Shown here piece by piece: positions 1-9,458 of a stretch of 64,000 bases of DNA. The stretch comes from an uncultured Bacillota bacterium. Its GTDB lineage: Bacteria > Sysuimicrobiota > Sysuimicrobiia > Sysuimicrobiales > Segetimicrobiaceae. A program made the position numbers and the translations under genes. The notes beneath the pieces are model-generated. The model ran no database searches. It was not told where the DNA came from and saw only the letters and a list, made by a program, of their open reading frames with translations. The stretch lies in NCBI GenBank assembly GCA_963804645.1, contig CAWDRG010000022.1:64001-128000 (forward strand), written 5' to 3'. Each line of letters begins with the position of its first letter. Within the stretch, counting starts at the first letter, position 1.

Positions 1-1258
1 AGCTCTTCACCCGCTGGTCAGACCGTGCTTGCGGGACGGCCGGGTCCGGCGAGGACGGATTCGGCGCCAAAGCTCCGCGCGCAAGCGCAGTTGCCCCCGC
101 TTGAAGAGCCATGTGGCCGCGCTGGATCCCTTCTGTAGTGAGCGCGCGCAACGCGGCTAAGTTTGAGGCCAGCCCCACGCATCCGATGATCATGCTGAGT
201 GTTTTGGCCGATGTCACTCCAAGAATCCGCTGCGCTAAGAGCGCCCCCTCGTGCGCTTGCAGCGTGCCGCCCACGGTGCCCACTGCCATCGGCATCTCGA
301 GCCGCCCCAACAGCGCACCATCGTCGACCGCCCAAGTGGCCAGCGGGCGGTAACTCCCCTTGATCGCGGCGAACGCGTGGGCGCCGGCCTCAACGCCCCG
401 CCAGTCGTTCCCCGTCGCGAGTACCACCGCATCCACGCCATTCATAATACCTTTGTTATGTGTGGCAGCACGATAGGGATCGTCCTCCGCAAAATGTGAG
501 GCGGCAGCGATGCGATCGCACACCTCAAGCCCGCCGAGTCCATCTGTCGCTAACGAAGCTGCGGGGATGCGAGCGAACGCACGGACGCACCGATGATCTG
601 CCAAGTTGGTCAAGATGCGAAGTCCGCTCCGCCCGCCGGCGAGACGAGCCACATGATCCGCCAACGCCTCGGCCACCGTATTCGCCATATTCGCGCCCAT
701 GGCATCTCTGCAATCGATATCGATATGGACCACAAGACGCTCAGACGTACCATCGTCGCGCTTTATCGCACGGACCGCAACGCTGCGGGCGCCACCGCCA
801 CGTTCCTTCAGCCGGGGAACGGCCGCGTTGGCCAGGTGAAGCAACTCGTCCGTTCGCTCTAGTATCCGGTCGCGGGCGGCCTGGACATTCATAACGCCGC
901 AGACCTCTAACTGAGCAGTCATGAGGGCGTCGTCGGCTTCAGCGTGGAATCCCCCGCCGTCGCGCACAATGCGCGCGCCATTCGAGGCTGCGGCAATCAC
1001 GGAAGGCTCTTCAACAACCATCGGGACCACGTAGTCTTGGCCGTTGATCAAGAAATTGAGCGCAAGCCCAAATGGGAGCGCGTACACTCCTACGACGTTC
1101 TCAACCAGTCGTTCTGCCCGCACCGCCGGGAGCCCGCCGCTGTCGAGGACCGCGATATCCTCGCGCTTCAGGGATCCGCGTCTCACCAGCTCTTCTCGGC
1201 GCGCGTCGATTGAAAGACGACGGAATGCCGGAATCCGTGAGCCGTGTTCAGCGCCCAT
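1..1258 (-). CDS. mvaA: Class II hydroxymethylglutaryl-CoA reductase (3' end runs off the window)
   Basis: Not in the ORF track; translated by hand from the ATG at 1258: MGAEHGSRIPAF...LVENVVGVYALPFGLA...VPMVVEEPSVIAAAS...CRDAMGANMANTVAE...VGLASNLAALRALTTEGIQRGHM. Shows the ENVxG, EEPSV, DAMGxN and GIQRGHM class II motifs; overlaps the mvaK2 stop. Confidence 0.95.
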   Translation of the reverse strand, partial: MGAEHGSRIPAFRRLSIDARREELVRRGSLKREDIAVLDSGGLPAVRAERLVENVVGVYALPFGLALNFLINGQDYVVPMVVEEPSVIAAASNGARIVRDGGGFHAEADDALMTAQLEVCGVMNVQAARDRILERTDELLHLANAAVPRLKERGGGARSVAVRAIKRDDGTSERLVVHIDIDCRDAMGANMANTVAEALADHVARLAGGRSGLRILTNLADHRCVRAFARIPAASLATDGLGGLEVCDRIAAASHFAEDDPYRAATHNKGIMNGVDAVVLATGNDWRGVEAGAHAFAAIKGSYRPLATWAVDDGALLGRLEMPMAVGTVGGTLQAHEGALLAQRILGVTSAKTLSMIIGCVGLASNLAALRALTTEGIQRGHMALQAGATALARGALAPNPSSPDPAVPQARSDQRVKS

Positions 1259-2246
1259 GTCCCGGCCTCGGCGGGGCAAGTTGCAATCGCGTCACTCCGG
1301 TCGTGTTGACATCGATGTTCAGCACCGTAACGCCTCCCAGGACCGCGAGACGTGAGCAGAATTCATCGACGGCTCCCTGCTCAGCAAAGAAAGCGATGCC
1401 GATGTCGCCCCCACCTGCCCCAGAAGGCTTCGCTGCCCCCCCGAGCGCTGCACCAATTTCGGCCGCAAGACGAAAACGCGAGGTGACGATGGGGGTTGAA
1501 GCCGCTGCACCCAACTCTGCCAGCGTGGCTCCGTAGTCGCGCGCCGCATCAATGACCTCCCCGACCCGTCCGATCGCATAGGCTTGGCGGAATTGATCTG
1601 CCAGTGCCTTGAGGCGCTCGATGACGGCGATATAGGCGTGAGGGGAACGCTGAGCCAAGGACACCACGCTGCGGATCATTGCCACCGTGGATTCCGATTG
1701 GCCGGTCCAGAACACTACTGTTCTCAGCTGGGCAAGTGGTGAGAGCTGGACAATCTCCGGCGATCTTCCTGGCGGACGAACGAATCCGATGATTCCCCCA
1801 TACACGGCTGCGGCCACATCGGCTCCAGACCCTCGGCCACCCTGCGCCGCGCTGTGGGCTGCCTCCGCCGCTGAAAAGGCAAGGTGTCGGTTCGCGTCCA
1901 CTGAAACCCCGACCGTTTCCATGAGCGCGGCCACACTGGCCACCGCCGTCGCCGCGCTGGAACCGAGGCCGAGCTTCATCCCCCCGTTGCTGAAGGTGGA
2001 TGTATCCACCTGGACCGCCCCACGCGGGAGCGCAGATGCCCTGGCGCCGAGCGCAGCCACGGCCGCGCGCATGGCCTCGGTGACAAGGGGTGACTGAGAG
2101 ACTGACCCCGGTACATATCGCGCGACAGCGTAACGGTTGATGCTTGCCAGTACGGCGACGCCTCCCTCCAGCACGGCATACTCGCCAATCAAGAAGATCT
2201 TGCCTGGCGCGGCGACCGCGGATGCGTCTCCGAGGGTGGCGTTCAC
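1248..2246 (-). CDS. mvaK2: Phosphomevalonate kinase (GHMP kinase)
   Basis: APGKIFLIGEYAVL, KLGLGSSAA, GSGADVAA and KPSGAGGGD motifs. GTG start at 2246 forms a GTGA overlap with the mvaD stop. Confidence 0.88.
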   Translation of the reverse strand: MNATLGDASAVAAPGKIFLIGEYAVLEGGVAVLASINRYAVARYVPGSVSQSPLVTEAMRAAVAALGARASALPRGAVQVDTSTFSNGGMKLGLGSSAATAVASVAALMETVGVSVDANRHLAFSAAEAAHSAAQGGRGSGADVAAAVYGGIIGFVRPPGRSPEIVQLSPLAQLRTVVFWTGQSESTVAMIRSVVSLAQRSPHAYIAVIERLKALADQFRQAYAIGRVGEVIDAARDYGATLAELGAAASTPIVTSRFRLAAEIGAALGGAAKPSGAGGGDIGIAFFAEQGAVDEFCSRLAVLGGVTVLNIDVNTTGVTRLQLAPPRPGHGR

Positions 2247-3241
2247 GGTTGAACGCTCTCGAGGAGGTGGGCGCCCGGTCCCGGAGAGGCGACGACGCAA
2301 CGGACGACACCCGGCACGATTCGCACCGCGTTGTGGACGTTTTCCGCATCCCGTGCGGCGCACAGCACTTTGACGTGAGGACCGGCATCGATGGTAAAGA
2401 ATGCAGGGATCCCTGCTGCTCGCAAGTCGCCAACGGTGCGCATGACGTCTAAGGTCGTGGCATTCCAATACACGATCGGAGGTTCCGAGCTCAGCGTGGT
2501 TGCGTGCATTCGAAGACAGTTCCGCTCGGTGATGGCGCCGAGTCGGCTCAGGTCGTGCGCCGCAATGGCGGCGCGGGCTTCCGTGAGATCCCGATCTATC
2601 GACGCGAGCCAGGCCACGAAATATGGGGACGTGAGCGCGGCCCGTTCCATCGCCTCGGTCGATCCGATGCTTTTTCTCTCTGTCGACGTCATCACGATCA
2701 CCATGCGAACGTCCCACCCCTCGCCCTCGCTCAGGGGACGTGCCACCGAGTCCGCTCCGTCGGTCCGGGTCCCTCTCTGCATTTCGACGAACCCGCCGAA
2801 AATCGAGCGAGCCGCCGAGCCCGATCCACGGCGAGCCAGTTCGGAGAGTTCCACGGGTGACAGCTCAAGCGATGCGGCACGCGATGCCGCGAGTGCCAAG
2901 GCGGCGAATCCGGACGCGGATGATGCGATCCCGGAGGCTGTGGGAACGGTGTTGACGGTCACGACCTCCGCGCGCAGGGTCAGCTTGGCCTGCACGCGTA
3001 CGAGGTCAAGGAACGCGCGTACCCGGGCAGTCGTCCTTGCGTCGGTCCCAACGCCGTTAAGGGTCACGTGATCCTGAGTAAGCGCAGGAGCAAATTGGAC
3101 GGTGGTTGTGGTGCCCATCTCTCTCAATGTCAGCGACAGACTTCCCGTGGCTGGCAAGTTGAGTTCGCTCTGTCGCTTTCCCCAGTACTTGACGAGGGCG
3201 ACATTCGCTCCGGCGATCGCGGTGCAGGGTGCAAAGGTCAC
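2243..3241 (-). CDS. mvaD: Diphosphomevalonate decarboxylase
   Basis: NVALVKYWGK, GIASSASGFAAL, ARRGSGSAARS and FTIDAGPHVKVL motifs. Start uncertain (GTG 3241 or ATG 3283). Confidence 0.95.
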   Translation of the reverse strand: MTFAPCTAIAGANVALVKYWGKRQSELNLPATGSLSLTLREMGTTTTVQFAPALTQDHVTLNGVGTDARTTARVRAFLDLVRVQAKLTLRAEVVTVNTVPTASGIASSASGFAALALAASRAASLELSPVELSELARRGSGSAARSIFGGFVEMQRGTRTDGADSVARPLSEGEGWDVRMVIVMTSTERKSIGSTEAMERAALTSPYFVAWLASIDRDLTEARAAIAAHDLSRLGAITERNCLRMHATTLSSEPPIVYWNATTLDVMRTVGDLRAAGIPAFFTIDAGPHVKVLCAARDAENVHNAVRIVPGVVRCVVASPGPGAHLLESVQP

Positions 3242-3375
3242 ACGTCCTCCCTCGGATCCGCCAACGCATTGAAGCCGATTCATCTCTTCGCGCTCTCGTC
3301 CCTTCCGCGACGGCGTTCTGGCTCGGCGTGGACTGATCAGGCACCCCGGACGCCTCGGGGCAGCGTATAAAAAAT

Positions 3376-4326
3376 TCAAGGCTCGCCCAGCGTGGAGAGA
3401 AACCCATCATAGCCATGTTTGCGCCAGGTCCCCAGGACACGTTCCTCGCTTCCCGGGGCTAACGCGATGACCGCACCTCCCCCGCCGGCGCCCGTCATCT
3501 TTGCGCCAATAGCACCGGCGGACCGCGCCAGGTGAACCATGGTGTCAAGTTCGAAGGCGGAAACTCCGATCGCCACTAATAAGCCGTGGGCCACGTCCAA
3601 TAGCCGTCCGAGCACGTCGATCTCACCCGCCACGAGTGCGATAGTGCCCTCATCACTGAGCTCTCCCATCGTCTTTAGGATGCTCGCCGCCGCCGCGGTT
3701 TGGTCTCTCAGCCGTCGCACCTTCTCAACCTGAGCCAGCGTATGTCGAGGTCTTCCCGACAGGCCCACGCACAGAGTGATCGGTTGCCGAGTGTGGATCG
3801 GTTGCCATCCCGCGCCGCGATCGAACCGGCCAACTCCGCCTTCAAAAGCGACAGCCGTGTCGATGCCGGAAGGAGATCCGTGAAAGACGGCCTCCGCGTC
3901 GAAAGCCGCCTGCCGTGCTTCGTGATCGCCGAGGCCGACTGCCTGTGCGGTTGCCCGTGCGATCGCCGCCGACACCGCAGCAGAACTCCCCAGCCCCGCG
4001 CGGGACGGGATATCCACAGCGAGATCAAAGTCTAGGCCTCCGGCATCGAGCCGCGTGAGAATGGCCTGCAGCGCCCGTCCGACCTGCGAACCATCAGCCA
4101 CCTGCACCTCAAGGCGCCAAGCCGGGATGGACAGCCGGCCGTTCCCCTGCTTCGCAATCGCGGTGGCACCTTTCGGCAGGCTGGCAGCGACGGCCGGGTG
4201 TCCGTAGACAACTGCGTGCTCCCCGAAAAGTATCACTTTCCCATGGCCGAAGGCCGTCCGAGGACGAACATGGGCCGTCCCCGGGATTGGAGCACCACCA
4301 GTCAACGGGGCCCTCGGGCGATCCAT
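3376..4326 (-). CDS. mvaK1: Mevalonate kinase
   Basis: GKVILFGEHAVVYG, PSRAGLGSSAA, HGSPSGID and GAKMTGAGGGG motifs. Confidence 0.93.
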   Translation of the reverse strand: MDRPRAPLTGGAPIPGTAHVRPRTAFGHGKVILFGEHAVVYGHPAVAASLPKGATAIAKQGNGRLSIPAWRLEVQVADGSQVGRALQAILTRLDAGGLDFDLAVDIPSRAGLGSSAAVSAAIARATAQAVGLGDHEARQAAFDAEAVFHGSPSGIDTAVAFEGGVGRFDRGAGWQPIHTRQPITLCVGLSGRPRHTLAQVEKVRRLRDQTAAAASILKTMGELSDEGTIALVAGEIDVLGRLLDVAHGLLVAIGVSAFELDTMVHLARSAGAIGAKMTGAGGGGAVIALAPGSEERVLGTWRKHGYDGFLSTLGEP

Positions 4327-4484
4327 CTATCTGGCGCCGCCGGAACACATCAGGGATGCCATCCCATACTCCGCGCCGTCTTGATTGTGAGTGACGCTCC
4401 TCGCGAGCGACATGGCGGACTCCCCTGAGGGTTCGGATTGCAACGGTCGCCTCCGCGATTGCGGTATGTCGCCGGCGCCTATCC

Positions 4485-5654
4485 TCATCGCGAGTTCTCT
4501 ACCAGCGCCGCGAAATGAACTTCTAAGACGCCCAATTCTGTCAAACGAGCCGTTGTGGCCTGCCGGACAGCCAACACGTGAGGAAGGACCAGTTCGCGCT
4601 TGAAGTTACCGACGGTGAGGAACAGTTCATCCCCCCGCTTGGTCATTTCCACCTTCTCGATTTCTACGTGAGGCAACGGCAGGCGCAGGATCCACTCTCC
4701 ACCGCGCTCTTCAATCTGTTGCCCTGGACCGGTCGAAAGCACGTCCATGGGATTTCTATCACCCCATAAATCGCGAGCGAGACGCTTCAGCGCTCGTTCG
4801 CCCACAACTTCATCCTCGTACCAGGGAACCTCAAACAACGGGAGGGGTGCAAACGTCTCATGAATCATCTCGATATAGTGCTGCTGGACTGTTTGAAGGC
4901 GACGAAAGTAAGGATCACGGGAAGGCGCGGCGGTAAGAATACGATTGATGACGCCGGCGTCAACGGAATACCCGAACAAATTGAGATACGTGACGGCGCG
5001 CTGAGTTTCCTTGATGACCATTTTTTCCGGGTTCAGCACTACCCGATACGAGCTGATCTCGGGATCGGTCAGGATCCCACGCAGCTCAGTCACCTCGCTC
5101 TGAAGTTTGGCGAGTGCGTCGAACAGGTCATGAGAACGCGCCAGGCCGAGAGTCCGCGCGACCTTCCCGAGTTGGCCGCCCCACTGCCCGAGACGACCGG
5201 CATACCACTGGAACGATTCCGGCAAGCTCAATAAGCGCACGGATTCGCCGGTCGGTGCGGCGTCCACGATGACGGCTTCAAATTTCCGTTCGTGCAGTTG
5301 CCGATGAATGTGAAGGAGGCTGACGATTTCCTCGAGGCCGGGAATCATGGCGAGTTCCTCGGCGATGATTTGGCTCGTGCCGCGCTGCTGAAGCATCGAC
5401 GACACGTAGTCCTGCAGTTGGTGCCAGTGGGTGCGGATCTCGCTCAGTGCGTTGATCTCCTGTCCCCAAAGCCTCTCGGCTAGGGGCGTCGGCTCCGCCG
5501 CCAACCGTTGGTCGACGACATCGGCCAGACTATGCGCAATGTCGGTGCTCACCACCAGAGTTTGGTATCCCAATTCCGCGCATCGCAGGGCAGTCGCCGC
5601 GGCGATTGTTGTTTTACCCACGCCGCCCTTTCCCAAGTAGAGAATGAAACGCAT
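4485..5654 (-). CDS. Get3/ArsA-family (TRC40) ATPase with C-terminal HSP20/alpha-crystallin-like domain (Get3d-like)
   Basis: Deviant Walker A GKGGVGKTT, STDIAHSL and DAAPTG; a single ATPase domain. The C-terminus LRLPLPHVEIEKVEMTKRGDELFLTVGNFKRELVLP is typical of the ArsA_HSP20 tail. Start placed at MRFILYLG. Confidence 0.9.
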   Translation of the reverse strand: MRFILYLGKGGVGKTTIAAATALRCAELGYQTLVVSTDIAHSLADVVDQRLAAEPTPLAERLWGQEINALSEIRTHWHQLQDYVSSMLQQRGTSQIIAEELAMIPGLEEIVSLLHIHRQLHERKFEAVIVDAAPTGESVRLLSLPESFQWYAGRLGQWGGQLGKVARTLGLARSHDLFDALAKLQSEVTELRGILTDPEISSYRVVLNPEKMVIKETQRAVTYLNLFGYSVDAGVINRILTAAPSRDPYFRRLQTVQQHYIEMIHETFAPLPLFEVPWYEDEVVGERALKRLARDLWGDRNPMDVLSTGPGQQIEERGGEWILRLPLPHVEIEKVEMTKRGDELFLTVGNFKRELVLPHVLAVRQATTARLTELGVLEVHFAALVENSR

Positions 5655-5721
5655 CGTTTGCCGCTCTGCGCGACCTGGGCGCACAACTGCCCCCGAAACG
5701 AAGGGACCCGTACCGACGGTC

Positions 5722-5994
5722 CTAGCCGTCCTTTTTGTCTTGCTCTTCCGCGAGTTTTTCAAGGCTCTCAGCCAATTTACGAGTCAACGAAGCCAGTCCC
5801 CAGGTCGCCTCGCGACCGGCGGCCTTGAGATGTTTTCTGGGCTCCGGGGGCAACATGTTCACCGGGATCATCGCGATGCTCACCCCCGCCTCCAACAGAC
5901 TCTGTGCAAAACGCTGAACGGATCGCTCTCGATCGTTGGGTCCCTGGGCAATGTTGCGAACCGGCACTTCACGCTTGTCCTTCTCGGGCACCAT
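5722..5994 (-). CDS. 90-aa amphipathic helical protein, possibly CsmM/CsmN (chlorosome envelope)-like; copy 1
   Basis: ATG at 5994 with GAGGT upstream; aligns without gaps to the paralog at 39203-39475. The Csm resemblance is from recall only. Confidence 0.75.
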   Translation of the reverse strand: MVPEKDKREVPVRNIAQGPNDRERSVQRFAQSLLEAGVSIAMIPVNMLPPEPRKHLKAAGREATWGLASLTRKLAESLEKLAEEQDKKDG

Positions 5995-6047
5995 TGACGC
6001 ACCTCGCAATTGGATTGTATGGTCACGTCCAACGTATGACCCACCGC

Positions 6048-7574
6048 TCACACTTTGTCGACCCGACCCCGACGCCCCGTGGTTCGCCGTCCTTCGACAA
6101 CCTCGTCGAACGTCAACGTTGCCGGCGTATCTTGGTATTTGCCTTTGAGACCAGCAAGCACTCCGAGCCCTCTTGTCAACACATCCACGCCCCACTCGAC
6201 CGTTTCAAACGGCTCACGTGCCATCTCGCTGATCGCGTCGAGCATCTTGCTGGCACCGGTCAGTGCCCAGTCCATCGTACCCGGCGCGCCCACGTCCGAC
6301 GAAAGCCCGAAAGCGCGCTGCCAGAAGGGGACGCCATGCAGCAAGGTTCTCGCGATGACAGTCGGCGAGAGACTGTAATGAGTCGGCACCACGCCCGCAA
6401 GAATTCCGCCGCACGTCGCGGCATAGTCGCGATCGGTGAGGGCTTTCTCTCCGATCATTTTCAAGATCAACAACCAGACTCCCGCGAGCGAGCGGTTTTT
6501 GATAATCGTGACAATGAGATCTGCCGTACGCATATCCAAATCGAACGCCGCGCGCCACCGCTGCTCGTACCGCGAGAGGAACCGTGCATCCAACTGATCG
6601 GCCCGTAAGGCTTCATCCGCCACGCCGGCCGCGATTCCCGCGCTTTCCAGCGCCTTCTGAATGCCCTCCCCATTGATCGGATCAACGAAGTTCGCCGCGT
6701 CCCCGATGAGCAGCACCCGGTCGGCATAGTTGCCGCCAGCCGTGTGGTAGGTGTTCAGGGGCCAGCCGACGATCGGCCCGTCCAGCGTGGCGCCGCCCAA
6801 CCGCGCTCGCGCGACGGGATCCTGCGCGATCCAGGTGGTCAAGCGTTCGCGCAGGTTGATCCGGTAGCGCTGGTAGACGTCCATCACCATGCCCAAGCCC
6901 ACGTTCGCTCGATCGGGTCCCACCGGAAAGATCCAGGCGTAACCTGGGAAGAAACTCTCGTCGAATGAGATCTCGGCCTGAGACGGATCACCTTCCACGC
7001 CGTTGTAGTAGGCTCGCAGGGCTAGCATCGTGCTCTTCGGATCCCGATTGTCCACGCCGAGCGCCTTGGCGACGACCGAGTGAGCCCCATCGGCCGCGAT
7101 GACGAGTCGCCCACGGAAGCTGCAGGGGGTCTTGCTGCGCTGCGCGGATAGGGTGACGCCGTCGGCGTCGATGGCAACGTTCTTGACCTCGCATCCCTCG
7201 ATGGTGTCCACGTGCACTGCTCGCGCTCGCCGGAAGATAAGTTCGTCAAGGATATAGCGCGGCAATGTGCAGCCGTAACCGGGAAGATCCTCAATTTGCG
7301 GGATCTCCCCCGCTGTGATGCGTTGGCTGCCGAGGTGGAGCGACGCGCCGGTGAGTCGATTCGGACCAGCCTGCTCCAGCAAGGATCCACATCCCAGCGT
7401 CTCAAGCATCCGCAGGGATCGCGGGCTGACGAAGTCACCGCAGACTTTGTCCCGGGGGAAGCGGGCCTTATCGAGCAGAAGGACCCGCCAGCCCCGGACC
7501 GCGAGTCGAGTCGCGACGCTGCTCCCACCCGGCCCGCCGCCCACAACCATCACATCGTAGAGGTCCTTGCCCAT
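6048..7574 (-). CDS. Geranylgeranyl reductase family FAD-dependent oxidoreductase with C-terminal extension
   Basis: VVGGGPGG, FPRDKVCGD, IAADGAHS, PGYAWIFP and LIGDAANFVDPINGEGI motifs; GGAGGT RBS. Confidence 0.92.
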   Translation of the reverse strand: MGKDLYDVMVVGGGPGGSSVATRLAVRGWRVLLLDKARFPRDKVCGDFVSPRSLRMLETLGCGSLLEQAGPNRLTGASLHLGSQRITAGEIPQIEDLPGYGCTLPRYILDELIFRRARAVHVDTIEGCEVKNVAIDADGVTLSAQRSKTPCSFRGRLVIAADGAHSVVAKALGVDNRDPKSTMLALRAYYNGVEGDPSQAEISFDESFFPGYAWIFPVGPDRANVGLGMVMDVYQRYRINLRERLTTWIAQDPVARARLGGATLDGPIVGWPLNTYHTAGGNYADRVLLIGDAANFVDPINGEGIQKALESAGIAAGVADEALRADQLDARFLSRYEQRWRAAFDLDMRTADLIVTIIKNRSLAGVWLLILKMIGEKALTDRDYAATCGGILAGVVPTHYSLSPTVIARTLLHGVPFWQRAFGLSSDVGAPGTMDWALTGASKMLDAISEMAREPFETVEWGVDVLTRGLGVLAGLKGKYQDTPATLTFDEVVEGRRTTGRRGRVDKV

Positions 7575-7619
7575 CTTACCTCCCTCCTCGTGGCGAACGA
7601 CTCCCGCGTCAAGGGTAGT

Positions 7620-9380
7620 TTACAGGCCGTTTGGGCTCACATCTCGCACCGCCGCCCGGCTCTCTTGTTTGGCCCGGGCATACAAGCTGGCACGACGTAC
7701 GAACACGTCCTCGCTGGACTTGAGTAAGTGTTCCAATGCGCGGCGGGCTTCCTCGTGTTGCGTCTGCCCCAACGCAATGGCACAAATCATTTGGACACAG
7801 ACATCAGTATTTTCATAAGCGAGTGCTGCTATCGAATGTATGGCCGGCTGGGTCCCTGCAGCCACGAGTCCCATCCCAGCGGACAAGCGGACAAAAGGAT
7901 TGTCGTCGGCCAGCGCCTCGACCAACAAATCGTCAGCAGAAGAGCAACGAGCATGGCGACCCAGGAGCAACGCGGCTTGGCAGCGCAACGTCTCGTTCGG
8001 ATCGCGAATTGCTGTCGCGGCGATATCCAGCCAGCCGGGCATCTCTAAGAAGGCAAGCGCGAGCATCGCGGCGAGACGAACTCTGTCGTCTGAATCATGT
8101 TTGAACGCGGTTTCCAACGCTCCCGCTTGGTCGCACGCCCCGAGGCGGCCGAGCGCTGTCACCGCAGCCAGCCGGACTTCTGGTGCAGGATCCTGCAGTC
8201 CGGACACCATCAAGGTGAGGGCGGCCGGACCACCCCTCCGGTCCAGGGCGTTGATCGCAACTAATCTGGCCGTACAACTGCGGGCGTTCGTGACGGCGCG
8301 TCGAGTGCTCAGTGAGACGTCCGCCACCGTTTCATCCGCTCGCTGCTGTGTGGCCATCGCTTCGGCGCGTGGCTCAGTCAACCCAACGGTGCGGGCGACC
8401 AGGTCACCTTCGATGTTCGCAGAAATCGTGCCATCGCCGATCGCCACCTCAATCTGCTGCCTTAATGACAGACCGAGCGCCGCCCCAAGCGCGGCATTCC
8501 CCTCCAACTTGAGCAGCAGCGGTGCCTCGAAAGGCTGCGGCGGAAACCCTTCGAACGCCAGTTGGGTTCGCAGGCGCACGGGAATGGCAGCCCGGATATG
8601 GTAGATCCCATCCCGCCAGAGGGCGAACTCTACGGGGACGGGCGCCACAGAACCATCGAGCGAGATCTGTATTTGCTCTGTAGCCAGGACCCCCGGGAAG
8701 CGCCACGGTGACGCCTGCAGTGCAAGCTCGTTAACACGAATGTCCAGGCCGTTCAAGCCAACGCTGAAGCGGCCGCCGACGGTCAGCGATGCGGTTCGTC
8801 CAGCGAACGCCAGCCGGATTGTGTTCGCGGAGTCCGTCGTGTCCAGCAGACAGTGGATGAGACTCGAAGCATTGAGCATCACGTAACACATACCAAGCTT
8901 GGTGGACATACGGTCGCCACTGTAGCTGTCCAAGTGAAAGGCGAATCGGCCGGTCAGATTCATCACACTACGACTGATCGTTCCGGCCAGGGTGAATGGG
9001 GTTCGGAACGTTATCCGTTCCGTCTCCCCTTCGATCTGGACCTGCATGCTCACTCGTATCGGTACGTCACTCTGCACTTCGATCTGGCCGTCACGGGCAG
9101 CGAGGGTCCCAGGCGGCGAAATGGCGGCCAGATCGCATTCGATGTGCAGGCTCGTGACCCAAACGGGAAAGTCCTCGGCAAAGCGCAGCTCGAAAGGCGC
9201 ACTTGAAATATCGATATCGGTGACTTGAAAGGTCGTGCCGCTCACGGCGATGGTGAACTCGCCGGTCAGATCGAGGGAGAAAAAACACATCGCCAACATG
9301 ACGTCAACGCGGTTTGGCCCGAGTTCGGTGTCCAGGTGAAAAGGCACGGAGAGATACGCCGGGCTCTCCGGGTCAACCAT
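7620..9380 (-). CDS. HEAT/PBS-lyase repeat protein with a duplicated beta-rich N-terminal domain
   Basis: Repeats LQDPAPEVRLAAVTALG, DSDDRVRLAAMLAL, RDPNETLRCQAALLLG, LADDNPFVRLSAGMGL; AGGAGGT RBS. Confidence 0.8.
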   Translation of the reverse strand: MVDPESPAYLSVPFHLDTELGPNRVDVMLAMCFFSLDLTGEFTIAVSGTTFQVTDIDISSAPFELRFAEDFPVWVTSLHIECDLAAISPPGTLAARDGQIEVQSDVPIRVSMQVQIEGETERITFRTPFTLAGTISRSVMNLTGRFAFHLDSYSGDRMSTKLGMCYVMLNASSLIHCLLDTTDSANTIRLAFAGRTASLTVGGRFSVGLNGLDIRVNELALQASPWRFPGVLATEQIQISLDGSVAPVPVEFALWRDGIYHIRAAIPVRLRTQLAFEGFPPQPFEAPLLLKLEGNAALGAALGLSLRQQIEVAIGDGTISANIEGDLVARTVGLTEPRAEAMATQQRADETVADVSLSTRRAVTNARSCTARLVAINALDRRGGPAALTLMVSGLQDPAPEVRLAAVTALGRLGACDQAGALETAFKHDSDDRVRLAAMLALAFLEMPGWLDIAATAIRDPNETLRCQAALLLGRHARCSSADDLLVEALADDNPFVRLSAGMGLVAAGTQPAIHSIAALAYENTDVCVQMICAIALGQTQHEEARRALEHLLKSSEDVFVRRASLYARAKQESRAAVRDVSPNGL

Positions 9381-9458
9381 CTCTTCACCTCCTACGAGGA
9401 CGCGTTCGCCCCTAGTGCCAAATCGTCTTCCGTCAGTGCGGAGCGAATTCAGTCACGA

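Noticed and set aside
18..1213. Short ORFs listed at the left end
   Set aside because: They overlap the real mvaA frame, which the track omitted because it has no stop in the window.
4485..5654. Arsenic resistance ArsA
   Set aside because: Single ATPase domain, HSP20-like tail and no arsB/C/D/R nearby.
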